Shown one piece after another: positions 1 to 7,329 of a DNA stretch of 20,000 bases (position 1 is its first letter; the number at the start of each line of letters is the position of its first letter). The stretch lies in IMG/VR virus record IMGVR_UViG_3300048006_000261. One strand, given 5' to 3'. This stretch comes from an uncultured virus (IMG/VR IMGVR_UViG_3300048006_000261) (lineage: Duplodnaviria > Heunggongvirae > Uroviricota > Caudoviricetes). The notes under the pieces were generated by a model. It did not search any database. It was not told where the DNA came from and was given only the letters and a program-made list of their open reading frames with translations. The translations under genes and the position numbers were made by a program.

Positions 1-1695
1 AAAGATGTAGGCTATAAACAATATTCAAACGAACAAGCCATAAGAGTTTATTTATGGAATAAAGCTGGTTTTGAAATACCAGGTATGTCTAAAGTTGATA
101 TAGAGAAGTTATCTGATATAGTAAGAAACAATCACAACATGAGAGGTTTTGCTGATCTTGTTGGCGCTACAACTAAACTAGAAGAAGGTTATATAAAACC
201 TGGTCAAGACTGGGTTAGTGGTACCATAGCTTATGATTACTTTAGTATAGCTCAAAAAACAAATAGAAAAAAGTATTTAGCTAATTGGATAGAAAGAAAA
301 AATGAAATATTTTCTGAAAAGAACATGAATAAAATTGAAGCTATATATGGTGAAGATTATAGAAGTGCTTTAGAAGATATATTATGGAGAATGGAAAATG
401 GTACGAACAGAACCACCGGTAAAAACAAACTAGTTAATAGTTGGATGAATTGGGTTAATAATTCTGTTGGTGCTATAATGTTCTTTAACAGTAGATCAGC
501 TATACTTCAGACAATATCTATGATAAACTTTATAAATTGGTCTGATAATAATCCATTAAAAGCTGGTATGGCTTTTGCTAATCAACCACAGTTTTGGTCT
601 GATTTTAGTATGATATTTAATTCAGACATGCTAAAACAAAGAAGAGCTGGATTACAGAGTGATGTTAACGAGGCTGAGATAGCTCAAGCTGTCGCTGGTA
701 AAACAGATAAAGCTTCTGCAGCTATATCTTATTTATTGAAAAAAGGTTTCTTACCTACACAGATGGCGGATAGCTTCGCAATATCAATGGGTGGTGCTAG
801 TTTTTATAGAAATAGATTTAATACATATAAGAGTCAAGGTATGACTGAAGCACAAGCTAAAGATAAAGCTTTTGCTGATTTTGCTAAAACATCTGAAGAA
901 TCACAACAATCTGCTGATCCTGCTTTAATATCACAACAACAAGCTGGACCGCTTGGTAGACTAGTACTTGCGTTTCAAAACACACCAATGCAGTATGCTA
1001 GGTTAATTAAAAAAGCTGTTCTAGACATTAAAAATGGTCGTGGAGATGTAAAGACTAATATATCCAAAATACTATATTATGGTGTATTACAAAATATAAT
1101 ATTTTCCACTTTACAATCTGGTTTATTTGCATTAGCTTTTGATGATGAAGAAGATGAAGAGCTAACACAAAAACTAGAGAACAAAAAGCTAAGAGCGTTA
1201 AACACTTCTCTTGATAGTTTACTAAGAGGTGGTGGTGTATACGGCGCTGGTATATCTACTATAAAAAACATGATACTTCAATTTAATGCTCAAAATGATA
1301 AAGGTTATAGAGCAGACCACGCTTATACAATGATTGAAGCTGTCAACTTGTCTCCTCCGATTGGTAGTAAGATTAGAAAAATTTACTCAGCTACACAAAC
1401 ATATAAGTTTAATAAAAAGATTATACCTCAAATGGGTATGGGTATTGATAACCCAGCTTATTTAGCTATAGCCAATATAGTATCTGCTACTACAAACGTA
1501 CCTTTAGATAGAGCTATAATGAAATTAAACAACTTAAGAGCTGCTGCTGATTCACAAAATCAAGCTTGGCAAAGAGTTGCTACGTTTTTAGGTTGGAACA
1601 CTTGGGATGTTGGTGTTAAAAACACCGCTGTTGAAAAAGCTAAAGCTAAAAATAAAAAATCATCTAGTAAACGAAAAACTAAATACAGAAAATAA
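1..1695 (+). CDS. C-terminal part of a very large virion/ejection-type protein (5'-truncated by window edge)
   Basis: Frame of the 85..1695 ORF is open back to base 1 (KDVGYKQYSNEQAIRVYLWNKAGFEIPG-MS). Helical-looking Ala/Gln/Asn-rich protein with a basic tail. Its position before a lysis-like cluster fits a large internal virion protein (inference). Confidence 0.6.
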   Translation, partial: KDVGYKQYSNEQAIRVYLWNKAGFEIPGMSKVDIEKLSDIVRNNHNMRGFADLVGATTKLEEGYIKPGQDWVSGTIAYDYFSIAQKTNRKKYLANWIERKNEIFSEKNMNKIEAIYGEDYRSALEDILWRMENGTNRTTGKNKLVNSWMNWVNNSVGAIMFFNSRSAILQTISMINFINWSDNNPLKAGMAFANQPQFWSDFSMIFNSDMLKQRRAGLQSDVNEAEIAQAVAGKTDKASAAISYLLKKGFLPTQMADSFAISMGGASFYRNRFNTYKSQGMTEAQAKDKAFADFAKTSEESQQSADPALISQQQAGPLGRLVLAFQNTPMQYARLIKKAVLDIKNGRGDVKTNISKILYYGVLQNIIFSTLQSGLFALAFDDEEDEELTQKLENKKLRALNTSLDSLLRGGGVYGAGISTIKNMILQFNAQNDKGYRADHAYTMIEAVNLSPPIGSKIRKIYSATQTYKFNKKIIPQMGMGIDNPAYLAIANIVSATTNVPLDRAIMKLNNLRAAADSQNQAWQRVATFLGWNTWDVGVKNTAVEKAKAKNKKSSSKRKTKYRK

Positions 1696-1697
1696 CT

Positions 1698-2903
1698 ATG
1701 AGAAAACTAATAACTATAATAGCATTACTTGTGTATAGCAACATAAGCGGACAGTTTTTAAAAGAAGTTTATAAAGACTTTTTAAAATACGGTACGGTGT
1801 ATGTGGCTGGAGACGTAAATAATCCTCAAATGGAGGTTAAAGAATATTTTGTTAGAACAGATCCTCAGGATTTTTATGGTATACCAGATGTTATAGACGA
1901 AACAACGTACCACCCTTATGATTATAGGTTTGGTTTTGGTATACGTAAATTAGCTAGATTTGGTTACGAAAATAAACCAGGTAATTTTTGGACAGGTGAT
2001 GCAGACATTGAAAAACAAACAGCTTTATCAGCACCAACATCAGCTGTTAAAGGTTTAGAGTATTTGTTACATTGGGAAAAAGAAAGACAAAACGGTGATG
2101 AGTTTACTAATAAAAGATTATTTGTAAGACATACTGGTAAATATCACATCGCTAAATTTGAATCAAGAGAATCAGGTAACGTAGGTTTTGAGTATACTTC
2201 TGGTGAGATAAGAGCTAGATTACCTATTGGTAAAAAATTAAGTATATCCGCAGGTGCAATATATAGAACGCATCAACAACCTTACGGATATAATCCAATT
2301 GAAATATGGTTAAACGAAACTGAAATGTATACGGATCCTAATACGGGTCAAGAATTTGAATACCCAGCTAACCCTTGGTATTCGCTAGGTTTTTTATATG
2401 GTTATGACGATATATACTATTCGTCTAACGACGAAAATGGTAACTCAACTTCTGATTGGTATTGGGTTGATGGTGACGGTAGTATAGTTGCTTATACGGA
2501 TTTACAGTTTAGAGACGAAGTATTTGGTGATTTAATGAACAGATTTAACAATGAAGCTTGGGACGAATTAGAGCCATTTGCAGAAATTGCCCCTATTGTC
2601 GGAATTGATTTTTACCACTATAAATCTAATTTTTGGTTACATGCTTACGCTAACTACATATTACCTTATCATAAGTATGTTAAAGGTAATGTAGATTTTA
2701 GTTATTTACATCGTAATAGTTGGGGTAAAGGTGGTCACAACAATCAACTTGCGGGAGAGCAATGGGACGATTATCAAGCTGGTTTAATGTTTGGTTGGAA
2801 AGTTAGTAAATCAATAGGTGTATTCATAGAAGGTGAATATACTAAGTTTTGGGATAGTGAAATATATAACAGTAGCGTTGGACTTAATTTTACATTTAAA
2901 TAA
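1698..2903 (+). CDS. Exported protein, predicted outer-membrane beta-barrel
   Basis: Signal peptide MRKLITIIALLVYSNISG. Alternating amphipathic strands (YDYRFGFGIR, LSISAGAIYR, IVGIDFYHY, GLMFGWKV, IGVFIEGEY). C-terminal SSVGLNFTFK resembles a beta-signal. Confidence 0.65.
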   Translation: MRKLITIIALLVYSNISGQFLKEVYKDFLKYGTVYVAGDVNNPQMEVKEYFVRTDPQDFYGIPDVIDETTYHPYDYRFGFGIRKLARFGYENKPGNFWTGDADIEKQTALSAPTSAVKGLEYLLHWEKERQNGDEFTNKRLFVRHTGKYHIAKFESRESGNVGFEYTSGEIRARLPIGKKLSISAGAIYRTHQQPYGYNPIEIWLNETEMYTDPNTGQEFEYPANPWYSLGFLYGYDDIYYSSNDENGNSTSDWYWVDGDGSIVAYTDLQFRDEVFGDLMNRFNNEAWDELEPFAEIAPIVGIDFYHYKSNFWLHAYANYILPYHKYVKGNVDFSYLHRNSWGKGGHNNQLAGEQWDDYQAGLMFGWKVSKSIGVFIEGEYTKFWDSEIYNSSVGLNFTFK

Positions 2904-3208
2904 TGGAAGAGTTATCAGAAAAGTCACAAGTAAAACTTGACATAAAAACATTAATAGGTATAATCGTAGGTATTGTATCTGTAGCTGGTATATGGTTTGA
3001 TCTAACAGCAAAGATAAGCACTATAGATAGTCAGCTTGTTAGATTAGAATATAACCAAACCTTAAATGATGAGTTTAGAATAAAATGGCCCAGAGGTGAA
3101 ATGGGTGCTTTGCCAGATGATGCTAAGCAAGATTTAAGAATTGAATACCTGCAGAAAGATGTAGAAAAACTTATAGCAACAATTGAAGAACTAAAACAAA
3201 AAAAGTAA
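2903..3208 (+). CDS. Single-TM membrane protein with coiled-coil C-terminus (holin/spanin-like candidate)
   Basis: TM segment TLIGIIVGIVSVAGIWF, heptad-like tail, TAATG coupling to both neighbours. Confidence 0.6.
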   Translation: MEELSEKSQVKLDIKTLIGIIVGIVSVAGIWFDLTAKISTIDSQLVRLEYNQTLNDEFRIKWPRGEMGALPDDAKQDLRIEYLQKDVEKLIATIEELKQKK

Positions 3209-3528
3209 TGGCAAAGAATTTAGATGAAAATTATAAAATAGGTTTAGACATCGATGGTGATGGTAAACCAGATTTTGGTTTATCAATAAAAACAATAGGA
3301 GCGTTAGTGTTTGGTATAGTATCACTAGCTGGTGTTTGGTTTAGCTTAAAGGCAGATATAGCTTTAGCTATGGAAATGCCTGAGCCTACTATATCTAAAA
3401 CAGAGTGGGAGTTGAAAGACGAGTTAATACGTAACACTATCATGGACACTCAAGATGACGTAGAAATGATATTAGAAAAACTAGATAAGCTAGACGAAAG
3501 AATATACGAAATACAAAAAAATAGATAA
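3208..3528 (+). CDS. Single-TM coiled-coil protein, paralogous to 2903..3208
   Basis: IKTIGALVFGIVSLAGVWFSLKADI aligns with IKTLIGIIVGIVSVAGIWFDLTAKI. N-terminal DIDGDGKPD motif. Confidence 0.6.
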   Translation: MAKNLDENYKIGLDIDGDGKPDFGLSIKTIGALVFGIVSLAGVWFSLKADIALAMEMPEPTISKTEWELKDELIRNTIMDTQDDVEMILEKLDKLDERIYEIQKNR

Positions 3529-3938
3529 TGAAATATTTAATTTTAATTTTAATACCATTTTTATCTTTTTCACAATCAGATGTTCCTGATAAATACTGGT
3601 TAACTGATGATAATTTTGAAGATGTAGTTTCTGGTAATTCTGCTTTTGGAGATGATGATGATCAAACTATTCTTATAGAGTTTTGGGCAGATTTTAATAA
3701 AGAAAATTGCTTTAATGAATGGGAACAAGTAAAAGATGCTTTATATTATAGAGTAGATATATCTAAAGCCGCTAAAGCTAAAAAAGAATATAGAATACGT
3801 ATGGCGCCAACTTTGCTAATATTTAAGGGTGGTGAAAAACAAGCAACGTTTAAAGCTGGACTAGACTTGTTGCTACCAACAGATCTAAATGAAATACAAG
3901 AAACAATAAACGAGATTAACACAGCAAGTAAATTTTAA
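3528..3938 (+). CDS. Exported thioredoxin-fold protein lacking CxxC
   Basis: Signal peptide MKYLILILIPFLSFSQ. Trx motifs LTDDNF, ILIEFWADF, YRVDI, IRMAPTLLIFKGGE. Only one Cys. Confidence 0.7.
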   Translation: MKYLILILIPFLSFSQSDVPDKYWLTDDNFEDVVSGNSAFGDDDDQTILIEFWADFNKENCFNEWEQVKDALYYRVDISKAAKAKKEYRIRMAPTLLIFKGGEKQATFKAGLDLLLPTDLNEIQETINEINTASKF

Positions 3939-4405
3939 TGAAAAACATAAGTAAACATGTAACCTATAAAGAAGGTACTTATAGTAACACAGCTAATAGA
4001 CTTGGTTTAGCAAATGATCCTACAGAAGAGCAATTAGAAAATATGAAGCTAGTTGCAGAAAAAGTGTTTGAACCTCTTAGAGAGCACGTATCGCATCCTA
4101 TAAAGATTAATTCGTTCTTTCGTGGACCTCAACTTAACAAAGCTATTGGCGGAAGTCACTCGTCACAGCATTGTAAAGGCCAAGCTATAGATATTGACGA
4201 TAGCTATGGTAACTCTACTAATGCTTATATGTATGAGTGGATAAAGAAAAACCTAGATTACGATCAAATGATATGGGAGTTTGGCACTGATGAAAACCCA
4301 GACTGGGTACATGTTAGCTTTGTAAACGAAGGAGTGAATAGAAATAGATGCTTGAAAGCTTATAGAAAAGAGGGATCAAGAAAAACTTATTATAAAATTA
4401 TATAA
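3938..4405 (+). CDS. Peptidase M15A family protein, probable endolysin
   Basis: INSFFR..LNKAIGG..SQHCKGQAIDID and WVHVSF give the Zn-binding H-x6-D and distal H motifs. Confidence 0.85.
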   Translation: MKNISKHVTYKEGTYSNTANRLGLANDPTEEQLENMKLVAEKVFEPLREHVSHPIKINSFFRGPQLNKAIGGSHSSQHCKGQAIDIDDSYGNSTNAYMYEWIKKNLDYDQMIWEFGTDENPDWVHVSFVNEGVNRNRCLKAYRKEGSRKTYYKII

Positions 4406-4406
4406 A

Positions 4407-4832
4407 ATGACAAACAGAAACAAAAGAATTTTTATTAGATGCGTAGGACTAGGATTTTTTTTAACACTACTATTTGGTTGTGGTACTTACAATAACCAAC
4501 CTAAAATACAAGTAACACATGTACTAGCTGTTACTGAACAAGGTGATACATTGAGATTACCTATAAGTATGATTAAACCTAATGTATACTATAACGTAAT
4601 ATCATATCCTAATAGATATTATGGTAATTGGTACAATGGTTATTACCGACCTAGTTATAACAACTACAGACCTATATACGCTCCTAGCAGTGGTTCAGGT
4701 TCTAGTAACAATAATAATAATAATAATAACAATAACAACAACAATAATAACAATAAGCCTGATCCTAGACCAACGCCAGACATTATAGTAAGACCAAGTG
4801 GTGATGTTCTAAAAAAGAAAGGTGGTAATTAA
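4407..4832 (+). CDS. Predicted lipoprotein with Tyr/Asn-rich, poly-Asn and Pro-rich regions
   Basis: Basic N-terminus, hydrophobic stretch and lipobox LLFG-C, followed by a low-complexity C-terminal half. Confidence 0.6.
   Translation: MTNRNKRIFIRCVGLGFFLTLLFGCGTYNNQPKIQVTHVLAVTEQGDTLRLPISMIKPNVYYNVISYPNRYYGNWYNGYYRPSYNNYRPIYAPSSGSGSSNNNNNNNNNNNNNNNNKPDPRPTPDIIVRPSGDVLKKKGGN
4707..4754 (+). repeat. (AAY)16 trinucleotide repeat encoding 16 consecutive Asn
   Basis: aac aat aat aat aat aat aat aac aat aac aac aac aat aat aac aat, read directly. Confidence 0.95.
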
Positions 4833-4838
4833 TTAATT

Positions 4839-5159
4839 ATGGAAAGTGTATACAAAGGAAAAGGATGTGGACCACAAGCATTAGGTTCACCTAATAAAAT
4901 GATTAGTAAGATAGCTAAAGTTGCTAGTAAAGCTAAAGAAATAGATCAAGCTTATAGAAAAGAAGCTGCGGATGCTAAAAAAGATCCTGACTATTTAAAG
5001 TTTATGATTGATAATGAAGCTCCAGACTCTTCTAATAAAAAGAAAGCTAACTGCTGGAAAGGCTATAAAGCTGTAGGTAAAAAGAAATCACCTAGCGGTA
5101 AGAAAACTAAGGGTGGTAAAGTTAAAATGGTTAACAACTGTGTTAAGATAAAGAAGTAA
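4839..5159 (+). CDS. Basic phage protein with C-terminal CWKGY...VNNCV motif
   Basis: CWKGYKAVGKKKSPSGKKTKGGKVKMVNNCVK, a short motif I recall from other phage proteins. Lys-rich. Confidence 0.6.
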   Translation: MESVYKGKGCGPQALGSPNKMISKIAKVASKAKEIDQAYRKEAADAKKDPDYLKFMIDNEAPDSSNKKKANCWKGYKAVGKKKSPSGKKTKGGKVKMVNNCVKIKK

Positions 5160-5443
5160 TGTTTAACTTACCAGAATCAACCTTTTTAAAGAAAGGTAAA
5201 ATAAGAAAAACTACTAAAGGCAAAGGCCGTAACTTCAGAACAAAAGAAGAAGGTGCGGGTATGACATCTAAAGGTGTCAAAGAATATAGAAAGAAAAACC
5301 CAGGCAGTAAACTAAAAACGGCTGTAACAGGTAAAGTAAAACCTGGTAGTAAAGCCGCTAAGCGTAGAAAATCTTTTTGTGCAAGATCAAAAGGTTGGAC
5401 AGGTGAAAGAGGTAAAGCTGCTAGACGTAGATGGAAGTGTTAA
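5159..5443 (+). CDS. Highly basic phage protein, DUF6321-like
   Basis: GMTSKGVKEYRKKNPGSKLKTAVTG...AAKRRKSFCARS...RRRWKC. TAATG-coupled to the upstream gene. Confidence 0.65.
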   Translation: MFNLPESTFLKKGKIRKTTKGKGRNFRTKEEGAGMTSKGVKEYRKKNPGSKLKTAVTGKVKPGSKAAKRRKSFCARSKGWTGERGKAARRRWKC

Positions 5444-5444
5444 T

Positions 5445-5567
5445 ATGAAGTTTTTTGATTTAAATAACAATGGTAAATATGATTGGTGGGAATATATAAT
5501 ACCTATTATATTGCTACTATGTGTTGAAGTTGTAGCTGAAGTTATAGCTAAATTTTTGATATTTTAG
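5445..5567 (+). CDS. 40-aa membrane microprotein with an EF-hand-like loop
   Basis: ATG at 5445 is 1 nt after the upstream stop. MKFF-DLNNNGKYDWWE-YIIPIILLLCVEVVAEVIAKFLIF. Confidence 0.6.
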   Translation: MKFFDLNNNGKYDWWEYIIPIILLLCVEVVAEVIAKFLIF

Positions 5568-6333
5568 AATACTTAGGAGCGCTTCTAATTAGCTTCTCAT
5601 CTGTCATCCAACCATCATATTTTAACAACTTAGTATCTAAGTCGCTTAACAAATGCCAATTAATATCTCCTCTTCTTTTTAAGAAAGAAACATACTCTTG
5701 TTCTAGATTTTTATCATGAGCAGATTTTTGCATTGCATAACAAGGTAAATGCCAACTATGAGGATCAGCCGCACTTAATCTCCCTGCCTTATCAGATAAT
5801 CCAGGTACACTTACTGTTTTAGCAAAGAAATCAAAACCTATAAGATCAATACTTTTATAGGTTTTTACTTTTTGTAGAAACCATAACAATGTTATAAATC
5901 CAGCGCTAGGTCTTAAATCGTTAGACAGCATATCTTTACCGAACATACTCATTATATCTATAATTTCTTCATCTGTATACATCATTGTGTATAGCATACC
6001 TTGTGGTAGTCTTTTTTCTATTTCCCAATTTTTAAGCTGCAAATTACCTCTACATCTGTTAACTAGTATTTTAGATTTTTTAAATTTACCTTTTTCAAAA
6101 CGGTTTTTATTCTTATACCACTCAGGAGCTCTAAATTGACCAGTAACCCATATATCACATTTCTCGCCTATAGACTTTTCTTGTTCTGGTGTTGCAGATA
6201 TAGCTCTACCAAAGCGAACAATAATATCGTAGGAATCTATAGTCTTACCAAGCTTATGCTTCATAATTTCTACAGAGTTACCTACGAATACTATTCTTTT
6301 GTTTTTTACAAACTGTTGTATATCTTCCACCAC
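5548..6333 (-). CDS. GT29 (sialyltransferase-like) glycosyltransferase
   Basis: Sialylmotif-L-like RIVFVGNS...LGKTIDSYDIIVRF, S-like PSAGFITL...IDLIGFDFF, VS-like HDKNLE. GTG start. Confidence 0.75.
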   Translation of the reverse strand: MVEDIQQFVKNKRIVFVGNSVEIMKHKLGKTIDSYDIIVRFGRAISATPEQEKSIGEKCDIWVTGQFRAPEWYKNKNRFEKGKFKKSKILVNRCRGNLQLKNWEIEKRLPQGMLYTMMYTDEEIIDIMSMFGKDMLSNDLRPSAGFITLLWFLQKVKTYKSIDLIGFDFFAKTVSVPGLSDKAGRLSAADPHSWHLPCYAMQKSAHDKNLEQEYVSFLKRRGDINWHLLSDLDTKLLKYDGWMTDEKLIRSAPKYSKISKI

Positions 6334-6983
6334 TCTTCAGATAATTCAGAATCTTTATACTCATCAAACCAAGGTCCACCTTCTGTGTAATGAATAGCTC
6401 TTGCGTTTGTCTTAGTTATTTCATCAATACCAACTAACATATTATATCTTTTAGGTATTTCACCTATATCATTTTCATTTAAAAATTTAAACTCATGTAG
6501 TTGAGAAGCCGTTGCATTGTCTAGATATTTTTTAGATAATTTTCTATTTAACCTATTACAGTTAAATAACATCAACGAGCTCCAGTTTTTCTTTGGATAA
6601 GACTTGTTGTTAACTCCATTCATTTTGTTAGACTTAACTTCATAGTCATCATGTTTAACTACTGATATTGGTTTATCACCTAGGTATATACTAACTTCTC
6701 TAGGATCTACTCTCCACAAGAAATCGTTATCACAAAACAAAGCATAACCCTTGTAGTTCATTAACATTGGCACATAAAATCTAGTAAAAGAAAACTCAGT
6801 AGATTCTCCTTCTATATCTTCCCTGCCATAAACTCCTATTTCTTTTAATTTAGATTTATCTAAATAAGTTATATTAGCTTCTGGCCAATATTTTAATATT
6901 GAAGCTTTACAAACTTTTGTTGCTTCAGGGTATCTTGAGTCATGCCCTATAAAAATTTTAATACTTCCTGGTTTTTTATTCAT
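6306..6983 (-). CDS. GT-A fold glycosyltransferase (GT8-like / plant CDI-like)
   Basis: IFIGHDSR, STEFSFTRFYVP, DxD motif ALFCDNDFL, YPKKNWSSLMLFNC, HYTEGGPWF. Confidence 0.85.
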   Translation of the reverse strand: MNKKPGSIKIFIGHDSRYPEATKVCKASILKYWPEANITYLDKSKLKEIGVYGREDIEGESTEFSFTRFYVPMLMNYKGYALFCDNDFLWRVDPREVSIYLGDKPISVVKHDDYEVKSNKMNGVNNKSYPKKNWSSLMLFNCNRLNRKLSKKYLDNATASQLHEFKFLNENDIGEIPKRYNMLVGIDEITKTNARAIHYTEGGPWFDEYKDSELSEEWWKIYNSL

Positions 6984-7329
6984 TATTTACTTTTTTACCT
7001 GATGTTTTTCTTATTATATCATCGTGATTAAACTCTGCCCAATATAATTCAAATGCAACTCCAGATTCTTTACCTTCAAACTGATGATACTTACCTGGTT
7101 TAACCATTGTAAAATCACCTGCTTTTAATATGGTTTCGTCAACAAGACCTTGATCGTCTTGCCATACTCTTATTATCATCTCTCCAGACTCTACAAAAAA
7201 ACCGTTCCATTTAAATTTATGTTCGTGCTCTGAGCACTTGTATCCTTTATTAAATTCTATTCGGTGAAACTCTAATACACCGTTCTTGTGTATCATCTCT
7301 GTTGCACCCCATATCTTTCCTGCTTTCAT
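6976..7329 (-). CDS. Cupin-domain protein (sugar isomerase/epimerase-like)
   Basis: CSEHEHKFKWNGFFVESG and LKAGDFTMVKPGKYHQF are cupin motifs 1 and 2. Confidence 0.8.
   Translation of the reverse strand: MKAGKIWGATEMIHKNGVLEFHRIEFNKGYKCSEHEHKFKWNGFFVESGEMIIRVWQDDQGLVDETILKAGDFTMVKPGKYHQFEGKESGVAFELYWAEFNHDDIIRKTSGKKVNNE

Noticed and set aside
85..1695. ATG 85 as the true start of the first gene
   Set aside because: The frame is open to base 1, so the gene begins outside the window.
4707..4754. AAT/AAC repeat as a CRISPR array or non-coding repeat
   Set aside because: It is an in-frame trinucleotide tract with no spacers. No CRISPR-like array was seen anywhere in the window.
5379..5444. N-terminal extension of the 5379..5567 ORF
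   Set aside because: It lies inside the DUF6321-like gene. ATG 5445 is the coupled start.
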